64,000 bases of DNA from a virus (Duplodnaviria > Caudoviricetes), in IMG/VR virus record IMGVR_UViG_3300028591_000117, positions 1 to 64,000 of that record, one strand, 5' to 3'. The translations under genes were made by a program, and so were the position numbers. Positions 29,102 to 39,343 of the stretch are shown here, piece after piece (the stretch's first letter is position 1; each line of letters opens with the position of its first letter). The notes under the pieces were generated by a model, which was not told the DNA's origin, did no database searches, and worked only from the letters and a program-made list of their open reading frames with translations.

Positions 29102-30304
29102 TTAATTATTATGAAGTGGTTGACCACATGTTGGACAAATTCCTACTTCTTTAATCTCTTTATCTAACTCTTTAATTTGCTTTTTAATATCTTTAATACT
29201 AACTTCTAAAGTTTTTATCTGTTCATTTTTATAGTTTACATTATTAATTAATGTTCCTAAAGATATATATTTTTGAGTTTTTTGCTCAAAATCTTCACTA
29301 ATTGTAGGAAACTTTTTATTAATAAGTTCCTGAAGTAACTCAGAAGTACCTCTGGACTTCGAAATAAGCTCACTTAATAATTTATACTTATTTAACTTTT
29401 CGTTTAAATCTGGTACTTCTAATGATTTTATTTTATTTAAAGTATTATTAAGTATATTTAAATTTGACTGTGATGTTTCAATTTTAGACTTTAACTCAGA
29501 AATAAGACTTGATTTTCTTAAACATTCGTTTATTATATAAAAACTAGTATCTGTCTTAAGAAGTATAGTATCTAAATTAGATTTTACTAATAATGAACTA
29601 GACAAGTTCTGTCCATCAAGTATTGACTTATTTTTTAAATCAGTTATTTCTTTTATTCTTTTTATTTTAGGTCCTAGTTCTATAACTTTAGCATAAACAT
29701 TTAATTTATACTCAGAACCTTTTAACTCATCTTCTTGTCTTTTAATAGTATCTTCAATAGCTTGTATTTTACCTTCAGTTATTGTAATATCTCTAGATAA
29801 TTGTTGCCTATCTTGAGTAATAGACTTTAAAGCTGTAGTAACATTATTATCTTTACCTGAGTCTACAATAAATCTAAATAACTCAGTTTCAGACCTATCT
29901 AATAAGAAAGGTTTTTCCATCTGGTCCCAAAAGTTTATTTCTTCATTAGAACCATTTATATTTAATTGTTTTATTCCTAAAGCTTTTGCAACTTCGTCTA
30001 ATTGAGTTCTTCCAATCTTTCCATAAACTTCACTATCTACTTTATAAATAGAGTTAGTTCCTTTTTGAAGTATAACTGTATGTCCATTCATCTGTAAACC
30101 TACAGCAAAGTTATTACATCCAATTCTAACTGAAGTAGTTCCAGGTTCATTATAAATACAAGCTTTTGCAGCTCTCATTAAAGCTGATTTACCATTGTTA
30201 GATTGACCTATAATACAGTTAAGTCCGGGTAAGAAAGAAAGATTTGCATTCTTTATTATCTGGAAATCTTTAACTGATAAGTTAACACTATTCGGTTGAC
30301 TCAT
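29102..30304 (-). CDS. SbcC/Rad50-like ATPase, N-terminal piece ending in zinc hook
   Basis: VKDFQ, Walker A GQSNNGKS, Q-loop FWDQ, coiled coil, terminal CPTCGQ. Confidence 0.85.
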   Translation of the reverse strand: MSQPNSVNLSVKDFQIIKNANLSFLPGLNCIIGQSNNGKSALMRAAKACIYNEPGTTSVRIGCNNFAVGLQMNGHTVILQKGTNSIYKVDSEVYGKIGRTQLDEVAKALGIKQLNINGSNEEINFWDQMEKPFLLDRSETELFRFIVDSGKDNNVTTALKSITQDRQQLSRDITITEGKIQAIEDTIKRQEDELKGSEYKLNVYAKVIELGPKIKRIKEITDLKNKSILDGQNLSSSLLVKSNLDTILLKTDTSFYIINECLRKSSLISELKSKIETSQSNLNILNNTLNKIKSLEVPDLNEKLNKYKLLSELISKSRGTSELLQELINKKFPTISEDFEQKTQKYISLGTLINNVNYKNEQIKTLEVSIKDIKKQIKELDKEIKEVGICPTCGQPLHNN

Positions 30305-31535
30305 ATACTTCATCCTCCATAGTATTTAATATGACATCTTCATCAAGTTCTACATCTTTATCTTCAAGAACTCTAAAATCACTCTCATTTATTTCAGAAT
30401 AAATATTACGATGATTATCTCTAATAGCTTGTTTTAATTGAGGCATTCCATTACATCTAATAGACTTAGTTTCTATAATATTACCTTCATTATCTTTAAC
30501 ATTAAAGTTTAAAGTCATCCAAGCTCCAGAACCTTCCATCATATAAACTTCTTTACCATCTTTAGTTATAATCTTCTTTTTAGGTAAAATATAAGGTAAA
30601 GCTGCTATATTAGATATTCCAATACCAAATCTTACTAGTAAAGGAAAACCTATACCTCCAGTAGTTAGTTTATTCTTAACTGCTTTAACATCAACTTCTC
30701 TTTCTGTCTCTGCTTCTTGTATTTCTCCTAAAGTATTTTCAACTTTATCTTTATGTGTTCCTCTACTATTTAATTTAAGAATAACATCCATAAAATATTT
30801 AAGAGCTCTACCACCAGGTACATTATCTTCATATTTAGCTGCAAATGATAGAGAAAGATTATCTCTCATCTGGTTAATATATAAGAATGACATATTAAAT
30901 GCAGTTTTATAACCATTAAATTTTCTACAAAAAGCTGTCATTAATTTAGCTATAATACCTGGCTTATTAGATGCAATTGATATTCCATCTTTTTCTCCAA
31001 CATCTCCTTTATATTCTTTTGGACATAATGCTGCGACTGAGTCTACAACTACTAATCTAAAATCAGAGTCTAATGAATTTCCTTTACTATCATACTTTGG
31101 AATAGTAGTTTCAAGTATCTCTTCAATTTCTTCAAAATAACTATTTTGAACTATAAAGAAATTTCCCGTTGGATTACTTGGAGACCATACTATATTAGGA
31201 TATTGGTCATTGACAGTAATTTCTCCAGTCTTCTTATTATATAGTCCATAAAAATTCATACTTCTAATAAGCTCTGTTATAGAACCTTCAGCATCAATAT
31301 ACAATACTTTATGTCCATTCTTACAAAGATGTTTACATATAGATAAAACTATAGTTGACTTACCATAACCTGAGTTTGAATATATTTCTATATTCTTACA
31401 CATTGGTAAACCTCCACCTAAAACCATATTCATAATAATAGAACCGCTATCTATATATTCTGACTCTACAGTCATTTTATATTTTTCAGATAAAGATAGC
31501 ATCTTATCATTAAAAGACATTTCTTTTTTAGCCAT
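30288..31535 (-). CDS. recA: RecA/UvsX recombinase
   Basis: GGLP...EIYSNSGYGKST, YIDAE, VVVDSVAAL, INQMR, PGGRALKY and VKNK. Confidence 0.9.
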   Translation of the reverse strand: MAKKEMSFNDKMLSLSEKYKMTVESEYIDSGSIIMNMVLGGGLPMCKNIEIYSNSGYGKSTIVLSICKHLCKNGHKVLYIDAEGSITELIRSMNFYGLYNKKTGEITVNDQYPNIVWSPSNPTGNFFIVQNSYFEEIEEILETTIPKYDSKGNSLDSDFRLVVVDSVAALCPKEYKGDVGEKDGISIASNKPGIIAKLMTAFCRKFNGYKTAFNMSFLYINQMRDNLSLSFAAKYEDNVPGGRALKYFMDVILKLNSRGTHKDKVENTLGEIQEAETEREVDVKAVKNKLTTGGIGFPLLVRFGIGISNIAALPYILPKKKIITKDGKEVYMMEGSGAWMTLNFNVKDNEGNIIETKSIRCNGMPQLKQAIRDNHRNIYSEINESDFRVLEDKDVELDEDVILNTMEDEVYESTE

Positions 31536-31573
31536 ATAATTTCCTCCTATATTATTATATGAAAAAAGAAGCA

Positions 31574-31819
31574 TTAAGCTTCTTCTTCATCTTCAAAATC
31601 ATTTAAATGTCCTATGCCATACTTTAAGTCATACCTGTCTATTTCTTCTACATAACTAGCATGATTTATAAAGCTAGTTTCATAAAAAATATTATTTTCA
31701 AGCTCGTTTTTATGACAGTAGAAAGAGCAGTTCTTGCAGTCTAAACACTTAAGTGCATTGCATGAAGATACTCCATTTACTTCTTTATATGCAAAGCAAT
31801 CTCTTTTAACACTCTCCAT
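31574..31819 (-). CDS. Cys-rich hypothetical protein
   Basis: DCFAY...CNAL...CKNCSFY. Confidence 0.55.
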   Translation of the reverse strand: MESVKRDCFAYKEVNGVSSCNALKCLDCKNCSFYCHKNELENNIFYETSFINHASYVEEIDRYDLKYGIGHLNDFEDEEEA

Positions 31820-31858
31820 GATTAATTTAACTCCTTTAATATTAATATATAAGTTAAA

Positions 31859-32347
31859 TTAACTTATAGAAATATCTACTTTTACTTTAGACTCTTGTTT
31901 AAACTCTTCAAATTCAATTCCACACTCATTTAATATTATTCTAGATGCTTCATAAATAGGTTCATCATGATGATAATCATATAAGTATATTACTTTTTTA
32001 ACTCTTAGCTGAGCTAATAGCTTAGCACAGTTATCACAAGGAAATAAAGTTACATATACAGTTGAGTTTTTAAAATCTTTTACAGAACCTCCATAGTTAG
32101 TTACAGCATTCATTTCAGCGTGACACATATAAGGATATTTTTGTTTAATATATGGTAGTGAAGTATCTCTACTCCAAGGTACCTTATTATCATCAAAATC
32201 TCTAGGAGCTCCATTATAACCAATACTCATTATCTTATTATCTTCACTAACAAATACAGCTCCAACTTGAGTACTAGGGTCTTTACTTCTTAAAGCTGAT
32301 ATTTGAGCTATATACATATAGTACTCATTCCAAGTTATTCTATCCAT
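31859..32347 (-). CDS. dCMP deaminase
   Basis: RSKDPSTQVGA, GYNG, HAE and PCDNC. Confidence 0.92.
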   Translation of the reverse strand: MDRITWNEYYMYIAQISALRSKDPSTQVGAVFVSEDNKIMSIGYNGAPRDFDDNKVPWSRDTSLPYIKQKYPYMCHAEMNAVTNYGGSVKDFKNSTVYVTLFPCDNCAKLLAQLRVKKVIYLYDYHHDEPIYEASRIILNECGIEFEEFKQESKVKVDISIS

Positions 32348-32361
32348 ACTTTACCTACTTT

Positions 32362-32844
32362 CTACCAGTTTAAATGGTCTATTATCTCAGCAAATAATCT
32401 TTGAATTCTTTTTCTTTCTTTAACCCACTTCTCTATTTCTTTTATATACTCATCATGTCTATCTTTATAATCATTTATATCTATAAAATCATCTTTTTTA
32501 GGATAGTATACAGTTTCCATCCAATTAAGTATTTCATCTATAGCTTGTTGAACTGTCATTTCTTTATTCTCAAAAGTGATATTTTCAGCAGTAAAATCAA
32601 CTATATTTACTCTATTAAACATTTCTAAATGAATATACATATAATCCATAAAGTCTTCAGACCAGTTCCAAGTAGCTCTTTCATCTATTCCATATTCTTC
32701 TCTTTGTTTCTTCCATTCTTCGTATCTATTATCTTCAGTTTCACCTTCAACTTGCCAATTCATATAACAATCTTCAGGTTTTACTCCTAAATCTTCTAAA
32801 GCTTTATATCTATTCATTGTCAACACCTCTAGCCTTTTTATCAT
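32362..32844 (-). CDS. Hypothetical protein
   Basis: ORF in operon. Confidence 0.55.
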   Translation of the reverse strand: MIKRLEVLTMNRYKALEDLGVKPEDCYMNWQVEGETEDNRYEEWKKQREEYGIDERATWNWSEDFMDYMYIHLEMFNRVNIVDFTAENITFENKEMTVQQAIDEILNWMETVYYPKKDDFIDINDYKDRHDEYIKEIEKWVKERKRIQRLFAEIIDHLNW

Positions 32845-33394
32845 GATTATTATATTCTTTAATAGCTTTATCTACTAACTCTTCAGTTGCAATATCTTCT
32901 CTTCCAAAGTTCTTTAATAACTTAATAACTCCTTCAGTAAATACTGGTTTTTTCATTCTGACTAAGTTTCCTATTAATATTCTAATAGTATCTAAACTAT
33001 CTCCATAGATAAGTTCTCTAGTAGAATAAACATTAGTTATAGCTTCTCTCTCACTCTTACATTTATTATATTTAGCTCTGTTATGAGCTGCTTTTTTATT
33101 TGACACAATAGTATGTTCATCTTGGTCACACTTAAAAACACGACAAATTTTAGGTTTTACTTCATATATTTTACAAATTCTCTTATCAAAGTCTCTAAAA
33201 GGACACATTAAGTTTACACTTTCTTTTCCTTTATAATTAAAGTAAACATCAGAATATGGTTGTATTTGTTTTTCTTTAACATAAGCTCTTATTAATTTTA
33301 CTTCATTATAAGTTAATGGTATAAGTTCTGTACAACATTGACCACATCCTGAACATTTTCCATTTATAGTAAAACTAACACAGTCTGATTTCAT
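32810..33394 (-). CDS. YkgJ/FliB-type cysteine-cluster protein
   Basis: CSGCGQCC...CPF...CKIYEVKPKICRVF. Confidence 0.8.
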   Translation of the reverse strand: MKSDCVSFTINGKCSGCGQCCTELIPLTYNEVKLIRAYVKEKQIQPYSDVYFNYKGKESVNLMCPFRDFDKRICKIYEVKPKICRVFKCDQDEHTIVSNKKAAHNRAKYNKCKSEREAITNVYSTRELIYGDSLDTIRILIGNLVRMKKPVFTEGVIKLLKNFGREDIATEELVDKAIKEYNNHDKKARGVDNE

Positions 33395-33933
33395 TATAAA
33401 TCTCCTCTAGAAATAGACCAAACTTCATTATTTTCAGATATTCCTACATTATAAACAACTGTAGCTCCAACAACTGTTCCACCTGCAAGTTCTACTAATT
33501 TTTTACAAGCATTATAAGTTCCACCAGTTGCGAATACATCATCAACAAACATAATTCTTTTTCCTTCATAATCAGATAATGGTAAATCTAAAGAAGTTGT
33601 AGAATACTCAGTATCATATTTTACTATAGAAGACACACAGTCAACAGGCAGTTTACCTGACTTTCTAACAGGTACTAATGAACAGTTCATTAATGTAGCT
33701 ACTCCCATACCCCAAAGAAATCCTCTAGCATCTGGACATATAATAGCATCAATATCTCCTACATCATTTTCAATATGATTTACCATTTTAGATAATATAT
33801 TCATACGATAATTAGTATTAATTAAACTTGGAGTTAAGTCTATAAATCTAACTCCTTTGCTTGGAAAATCTTCTGTTACTCTATATGATATTCCATAATT
33901 TGTATTATTTATTAATATTTTTTCCATACTCAA
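33394..33933 (-). CDS. apt: Adenine phosphoribosyltransferase
   Basis: DFPSKGVRFIDLTP, DARGF, VRKSGKLP, YDTEY and VDDVFATGGT. Confidence 0.9.
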   Translation of the reverse strand: MSMEKILINNTNYGISYRVTEDFPSKGVRFIDLTPSLINTNYRMNILSKMVNHIENDVGDIDAIICPDARGFLWGMGVATLMNCSLVPVRKSGKLPVDCVSSIVKYDTEYSTTSLDLPLSDYEGKRIMFVDDVFATGGTYNACKKLVELAGGTVVGATVVYNVGISENNEVWSISRGDL

Positions 33934-34445
33934 TCTCCTTCCACAGTTTCTAACTTATTTATCTTAGTTAAATATATCTGTATAGCATTGTTCTTGGCTT
34001 TTAGCTCAGTAGGTCCAACTCCAAAATTTTGAAAAACATCATCAATAAATAAACCAGCTACTATATTTACATTATCTTTTTGAACTATCTCTAAAGAAAC
34101 ATCATCTTTATTAATAACTCTGTATAATTGCATTAAATCTTTATTTTCTCTAATAACACTTGCAAAATTATCTTTTACTGGTAAGTATTTATTAGGAACA
34201 GGAAAGACAGTAATTATCAAGTTATTTTTATAAATAAAAATATTATTATCATATACTTTAACTCCAATATTTTTATGTTTCTTCTTTTTAACTTCTAAAT
34301 AATCTTTAAACTCTCCAGCAAAGTGTGTTGATGGATGACCATATCTTAAAGCTCTATTAAATAACTGATTTCTCTTTGATTTATAAGCAACATCTAGTCT
34401 CTCTTTGGCTCGAAATTTAGCATGTTGACTTACTCTAACAGCCAT
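33930..34445 (-). CDS. Hypothetical protein; possible RelE-like N-domain plus dsRBD-like C-domain
   Basis: VSQHAKFRAKER...LIITVF; GVGPTELKAKNNA. Confidence 0.35.
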   Translation of the reverse strand: MAVRVSQHAKFRAKERLDVAYKSKRNQLFNRALRYGHPSTHFAGEFKDYLEVKKKKHKNIGVKVYDNNIFIYKNNLIITVFPVPNKYLPVKDNFASVIRENKDLMQLYRVINKDDVSLEIVQKDNVNIVAGLFIDDVFQNFGVGPTELKAKNNAIQIYLTKINKLETVEGD

Positions 34446-34494
34446 GTAAATATTCACCTCCTCCATATTAAATAATATGAAACAATGTTAATAC

Positions 34495-35007
34495 TTACTT
34501 ATTTACTTCTTTATAAATATCATTATTTTTATATCTCTCATCAATTTCATTTAAAACATCTATCATTTTTTCATTTTTAGTATGAGCTCGTTCTTCATCT
34601 ACTAAAAATGCATTTATCTGAGTTAGCTCATCATCAGTAGCTTCACATACAGACTTCTTAATCATCTTTATAGCATGACAAATTTCTTTTTTAGTGATTT
34701 GTCTATTCTCAATCATATCTAAAAGCCTATCTGTTTTAAACATATATTCTCTATTAATAGATGAAATACATTCATAAATCTTAACTATATTGCTCCTTAT
34801 AACATCATAGTCTTTTCTGTGACAATCTAAGAAATGCTCTACAGTTCCATAAGTTGTTATTATACCTTTATAGTCTTTATCCCAAACATCATTTATTTGT
34901 TCTATAACTGTTCCAGCTTTATCTTTGTACTCTCTATTCTTTAAATATAAATGTAATATAATAAATGGTGAAATAAAAAACCATATTGTAAAAAAATTAA
35001 ATTCCAT
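34495..35007 (-). CDS. N-terminally membrane-anchored hypothetical protein
   Basis: Hydrophobic N-terminus FFTIWFFISPFIILHLYL. Confidence 0.55.
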   Translation of the reverse strand: MEFNFFTIWFFISPFIILHLYLKNREYKDKAGTVIEQINDVWDKDYKGIITTYGTVEHFLDCHRKDYDVIRSNIVKIYECISSINREYMFKTDRLLDMIENRQITKKEICHAIKMIKKSVCEATDDELTQINAFLVDEERAHTKNEKMIDVLNEIDERYKNNDIYKEVNK

Positions 35008-35014
35008 AATCTCC

Positions 35015-35245
35015 TCAAATCTTTCTTCTTAATGATATAAAGTTCTTATTTAAATTCTCTTTAGTTAACATTAATTCACTAATTAATTTATCTAAAGTCT
35101 CTGCAGATATTTCATAGTCTTCTTCTTTTGTTTTATTTAATAATGGCTTAATACCAAAATCAATAATTCCTAGTATATCTTCTGCATTTATTCTTATCTT
35201 ATCAATTATAGCTGCTAAATTATCATTTAATTCCATAATACCCAA
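35015..35245 (-). CDS. Hypothetical protein
   Basis: AAGGAGG RBS. Confidence 0.5.
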   Translation of the reverse strand: MGIMELNDNLAAIIDKIRINAEDILGIIDFGIKPLLNKTKEEDYEISAETLDKLISELMLTKENLNKNFISLRRKI

Positions 35246-35307
35246 CCTCCTTAGCTCTGAATATTATATCATATATTTATATAATATTTATTGGTAATTT
35301 TTGGTAA

Positions 35308-35751
35308 TTATTTATTTTTCATAGTTAAATATAAATCTACCTTAAACCTATCTTTAGAACTAACTATAGGAACTCCTTTATATGTAGGAAGTTCACGCTG
35401 ATGACCTGCAATTAAAAAATCTCTAGGTTCCATATATAATAATTTAGCTATATGCTCATCTTCAATAGAATATACAAAGTAAGCTTTTCCATAAACAAAA
35501 TCAAATATCTTATCTGATATTAAATCAACTCTGTATAAATTATCTCCTATAGGTACACCTATTGTTTTACCAGCTCTAATATTAGAAGCAAGATTAAATA
35601 TAAAATCTTTATATGCTAACATATTGTATTGTCTTAAACATCTTGCATACTTATTAAAAGTATTTTCATCTTCATAAGTAATTCTAACACTTTTGCTAGC
35701 ATCAAACTTAGAAATATTCATAACTCCATTTTTATCTTCTTGCTTACTCAT
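35308..35751 (-). CDS. Hypothetical protein
   Basis: ORF with RBS. Confidence 0.55.
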   Translation of the reverse strand: MSKQEDKNGVMNISKFDASKSVRITYEDENTFNKYARCLRQYNMLAYKDFIFNLASNIRAGKTIGVPIGDNLYRVDLISDKIFDFVYGKAYFVYSIEDEHIAKLLYMEPRDFLIAGHQRELPTYKGVPIVSSKDRFKVDLYLTMKNK

Positions 35752-36085
35752 ATTTCAATTTCTCCTCAAGTTCTCTAGGGTCTGTTAATATCTCATAAGT
35801 TACATCTTCAGTATTTAAATTAGTTTGTATATCTCCTAAAATAGTAAGTTGAAATTCTACAGCTATATTTTTAAGATACTCATGCCTTTCTTCATCACTA
35901 TCAAATCGACCTTTAAAATCATCATTAAAATAATACTTATAAATACAAGTTCCATTAACATCAGGATATTCTGCAATTAACATACCCCATCTAAGTCTAA
36001 TATATCCACAAAGTTCTCCATTAGAACGATAAACATCATACTGCTCAGGACAAGCATAACAAGTATTTAAAAAATAAAATTTCAT
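35744..36085 (-). CDS. Conserved phage hypothetical protein
   Basis: TCYACPEQYDV...GYIRLRWG pattern. Confidence 0.6.
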   Translation of the reverse strand: MKFYFLNTCYACPEQYDVYRSNGELCGYIRLRWGMLIAEYPDVNGTCIYKYYFNDDFKGRFDSDEERHEYLKNIAVEFQLTILGDIQTNLNTEDVTYEILTDPRELEEKLKYE

Positions 36086-36220
36086 AATTCACTCTCCTTC
36101 TTAAGCACAAATAATAATGCTTCCTTCATTCCTTCATATTTAACTCTCTTAATTGGACTTTGTTCTTTTTTAATAAGCTTTTCTAATAAATTAAGTTGAT
36201 ATAATATCTCAAGAAATAAC

Positions 36221-36844
36221 TCATCTTTCACTCATACCATCTTCAATTGACTCAAATACACTAAATCTTGGAAACATCTCTAAAATATCTTTAGTAGTTT
36301 TAGCTTCAGGTCTATATCTCATATAAGTTGCTATCGCATACATAAATGCGTCAGCTTCTCCATCAGTTATATTTAAAGTCTTCTTAGTTCTTGATTTAAT
36401 TACCTTAACACTATAACCAACACTCTCTAAATATTCTATAATTTTATTAACAACTTCTATTGTATCTTGCTTTGTATAACTCTTCTTATGATGAAATGAT
36501 TTTAGTTTCATTGGATGATAAGTCATTATTTGTTCATAGGAGCTCTCTTTTCCACATTCTAAATAAAAATATAGTCCTAAAGCATTAAGTTTCCCAGAAT
36601 TAATCCCAGATGCTATAGGAGCTTCTTGAGCAATATAAGTTCCTTTATCAAATAGAAAATACTGATATTTTCCTTTAAACTCTTCCCAAAGATTTGCTAT
36701 AGACCAGCTCATTAATACAAAATTATGATGATTGTCTGCTGATAAATCATCTAAATAGATAGTTTGTGTCTTAGTATCTATAACAGCTACTCCAAAATGA
36801 GAAAAAGATGGGTCTAATCCAATATAACAACTACCTTTTGTCAT
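36221..36844 (-). CDS. RuvC-like Holliday junction resolvase
   Basis: IGLDPSFSHFGVAV, AQE, K and DGEADA acidic triad. Confidence 0.75.
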   Translation of the reverse strand: MTKGSCYIGLDPSFSHFGVAVIDTKTQTIYLDDLSADNHHNFVLMSWSIANLWEEFKGKYQYFLFDKGTYIAQEAPIASGINSGKLNALGLYFYLECGKESSYEQIMTYHPMKLKSFHHKKSYTKQDTIEVVNKIIEYLESVGYSVKVIKSRTKKTLNITDGEADAFMYAIATYMRYRPEAKTTKDILEMFPRFSVFESIEDGMSER

Positions 36845-37322
36845 CTCTTAACCTCAGTGCAGCTGTGAATATAGAATTCAAACTGTCTAAATTTTCATGA
36901 GTATAATCATTATATGCAGACTCTAATAATATCATCATATCTTTATCAGTTAATTTATACCATTCTTTATCATCTAAATTATAATAGTAATTTAAAGTTA
37001 TATGTTTAGATGCTATTGGAATTATATTAATAGTATTTATTAATAAATCTTGTCTTGATTTTAAAGATATTCTCTTACTTCTAGATTTATTATAATTATC
37101 AATAAATTGTTTAATATACTGTATATATTCATCAATAACAGTAATCTCCTTGTCTTTCTCTACAACAAGTTCATCTTCTCGTTGCTTTATAGCTAAGTTT
37201 TTAATTATCTCCTCTTTCTTTGTTTTTCTAAACTTCTTTAGCAAATATCTATGTTTTTCAAAAAATAACTCTAAATGAACTATTATAAAAATTGTAAGCA
37301 TTAATATTTCTAATGTACTCAT
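36831..37322 (-). CDS. Membrane-anchored hypothetical protein
   Basis: N-terminal hydrophobic helix. Confidence 0.5.
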   Translation of the reverse strand: MSTLEILMLTIFIIVHLELFFEKHRYLLKKFRKTKKEEIIKNLAIKQREDELVVEKDKEITVIDEYIQYIKQFIDNYNKSRSKRISLKSRQDLLINTINIIPIASKHITLNYYYNLDDKEWYKLTDKDMMILLESAYNDYTHENLDSLNSIFTAALRLRDDKR

Positions 37323-37343
37323 TCTAATTCCTCCTTATATTAC

Positions 37344-37378
37344 TATTATATGAAAAAAGAAGCTTTAAGCTTCTTTTT
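37344..37378 (-). terminator. Terminator fused to a class I promoter motif (TCATATAATA)
   Basis: AAGAAGCT/AGCTTCTT hairpin; its U-run runs directly into TCATATAATA. Confidence 0.7.
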
Positions 37379-37384
37379 AAATAA

Positions 37385-38458
37385 TTACATCCAAGGATTT
37401 GTATTACTTCCTTGAGTAATATTATTATACTGTCCTCCAAATGTTGTTGAACTATTGCCATTATAAAATGGTTGTCCTGGAGGTATACTACCCATACCAT
37501 AAGGTTGTTGATAATTACCTTGAGTTATAGGAGTATTAAAAGTATAAGAACTTGGAGCGGCTCCTTGAGTTGGAGTATTTTGTTGGTTCTTATACTTAGA
37601 AGCATCATAAGCTGCATAAGCTGCTTGATATTCTTCTCTAGTAATAACACGTCCACAAGCTTTACAAATATTTTCAGGAGTTCCTACTTCTTTCCACAAA
37701 GCTTCAATTTCAGCTGCATTAGGAACTTGATTAATTAGACTATCTTGTCTAACTGTAAAATTGAAAGACTTATATGTAGGATTATCTACTGTTGCAAAGA
37801 TATCTCCTTGAGTTAATATTACTCCAGCTAGACCAGCTTGAGTTTGTAAATCTTGGAATTGCTTATAACCTAAAACTAAAGTTTTTAATTCAGCTTTTTG
37901 TCCAGGTATTAAAGCATTAGGATTTCCTTGAACTGTAGGATAAACTACTATAGGAATAACTACTCTTAGTTTTGGTTGTTCATGAGTTCCACAGCAAGGT
38001 TCTCCTGGAGTACCATAAACGTCTCTTAAACATACAAAGTTATGTCCTTTTTCTGCATCCCAATGAACATGAACTTGAGATGGACTAACATTAGGTAACA
38101 TGTGTATTCTAAATGTTTCACCTTTATCTCCAGTTAATCGTTCTAAAGGATTTCTTTCAAATAGAGGTTTGTTAATATCAAACTCTAAGTTTGCATAGTT
38201 AAACTGTGAAGCTTGTTGAGCTGCTTGGTTAGTATTAACCATAGCTGGTTGATTTTGGATTGGTTGTTGGTATTGAGGTTGTGATACTTGAGCTTCCATT
38301 TGAACTGGAGCTTGTACCATATTATTTACATTAAAACTTTGATTATTCATTGGTATTTGATTATTCATTTCACTTATATTTTCATTTACTTTATTTATAG
38401 GTTGTTGCATAATTGTACTTTGACTTTCTAAAGTCGCTAATTCTTCTTCTAAATTCAT
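37385..38458 (-). CDS. Single-stranded DNA-binding protein (gp32-like) with Q/N-rich termini
   Basis: RIHMLP...VHVHW...FVCL...PCC core; low-complexity tails; replication context. Confidence 0.6.
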   Translation of the reverse strand: MNLEEELATLESQSTIMQQPINKVNENISEMNNQIPMNNQSFNVNNMVQAPVQMEAQVSQPQYQQPIQNQPAMVNTNQAAQQASQFNYANLEFDINKPLFERNPLERLTGDKGETFRIHMLPNVSPSQVHVHWDAEKGHNFVCLRDVYGTPGEPCCGTHEQPKLRVVIPIVVYPTVQGNPNALIPGQKAELKTLVLGYKQFQDLQTQAGLAGVILTQGDIFATVDNPTYKSFNFTVRQDSLINQVPNAAEIEALWKEVGTPENICKACGRVITREEYQAAYAAYDASKYKNQQNTPTQGAAPSSYTFNTPITQGNYQQPYGMGSIPPGQPFYNGNSSTTFGGQYNNITQGSNTNPWM

Positions 38459-38519
38459 ATACTTTCCTCCTTAATTATTTTTTCAATACCTTCAATCAAC
38501 TAACATTCCTCCTATAATA

Positions 38520-39029
38520 TTATATGATTTCTTCTTTATTATCTTCTATATCTTTAATATATTCTTCATCAGTTAAATCTTCTTTTAAACCTGATTTAAT
38601 CTCTTTAGCTAATTTAGTTGCTTCTTCAATATTGTTATTAGATAAATCGTCTACAAACTTCTTAACTAATACTGCAAGTTCTTCATTAGCTATTAAAGAA
38701 TTATTATAAATATCTATTATTCCTTTATAGCAGTATCTTGGAACTTCATCAGTTCTTCTAGCTAGTAACTTTAAGAAATCAATTCCAAAAGTATTATATC
38801 CATTTAATAGTATTTGACCAAACTTAGTATACATAGGGTCATACGAAGCTTCTTTCTTCTCTGGAAACCTAGCATCAACAAGTTCAATTATATTTGACAT
38901 CTCTTCTGGAGTCTTATCATAATAAGCATCAATATCTTCTTCCTCATTCATTATAGCAAATAATAACTTAATTACTGAGTCTGTATTTCTTACTAAATTA
39001 TCTAATTGTTCTTCATGCATGTTATTCAC
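38520..39029 (-). CDS. Hypothetical protein
   Basis: ORF with GGAGGTG RBS. Confidence 0.55.
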   Translation of the reverse strand: MNNMHEEQLDNLVRNTDSVIKLLFAIMNEEEDIDAYYDKTPEEMSNIIELVDARFPEKKEASYDPMYTKFGQILLNGYNTFGIDFLKLLARRTDEVPRYCYKGIIDIYNNSLIANEELAVLVKKFVDDLSNNNIEEATKLAKEIKSGLKEDLTDEEYIKDIEDNKEEII

Positions 39030-39306
39030 CTCCTAGCATTTTATTGTATTCTTCATTAGGAATGCATCCACGAACATCTTTAAATGATATAAAATAGTAC
39101 CCAGATAAATATTCTTCTTTAGCATATCTCTTTATAATTACTATATCTCCAACGCTAACATAGTTTAATGCTTCATCTGAAGCTGCTTCAACTTCACAAA
39201 ACATGTATGGACTATCTTGGTCATATCTAGTCATAACTCCATTAATAATCATGTCATCTTGTAACTCTGAAACTAAAATATTATCATTAAATAGTTTAAT
39301 ATTCAT
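39022..39306 (-). CDS. GroES-like co-chaperonin
   Basis: IKLFNDNILV...EV.A....VSVGDIVII..YA...I...DV.G matches the Cpn10 pattern; 94 aa; near the GroEL-like gene. Confidence 0.7.
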   Translation of the reverse strand: MNIKLFNDNILVSELQDDMIINGVMTRYDQDSPYMFCEVEAASDEALNYVSVGDIVIIKRYAKEEYLSGYYFISFKDVRGCIPNEEYNKMLGGE

Positions 39307-39343
39307 ATACTACCTCCTAGTTTATTATATGAAAAAAGAGGAC

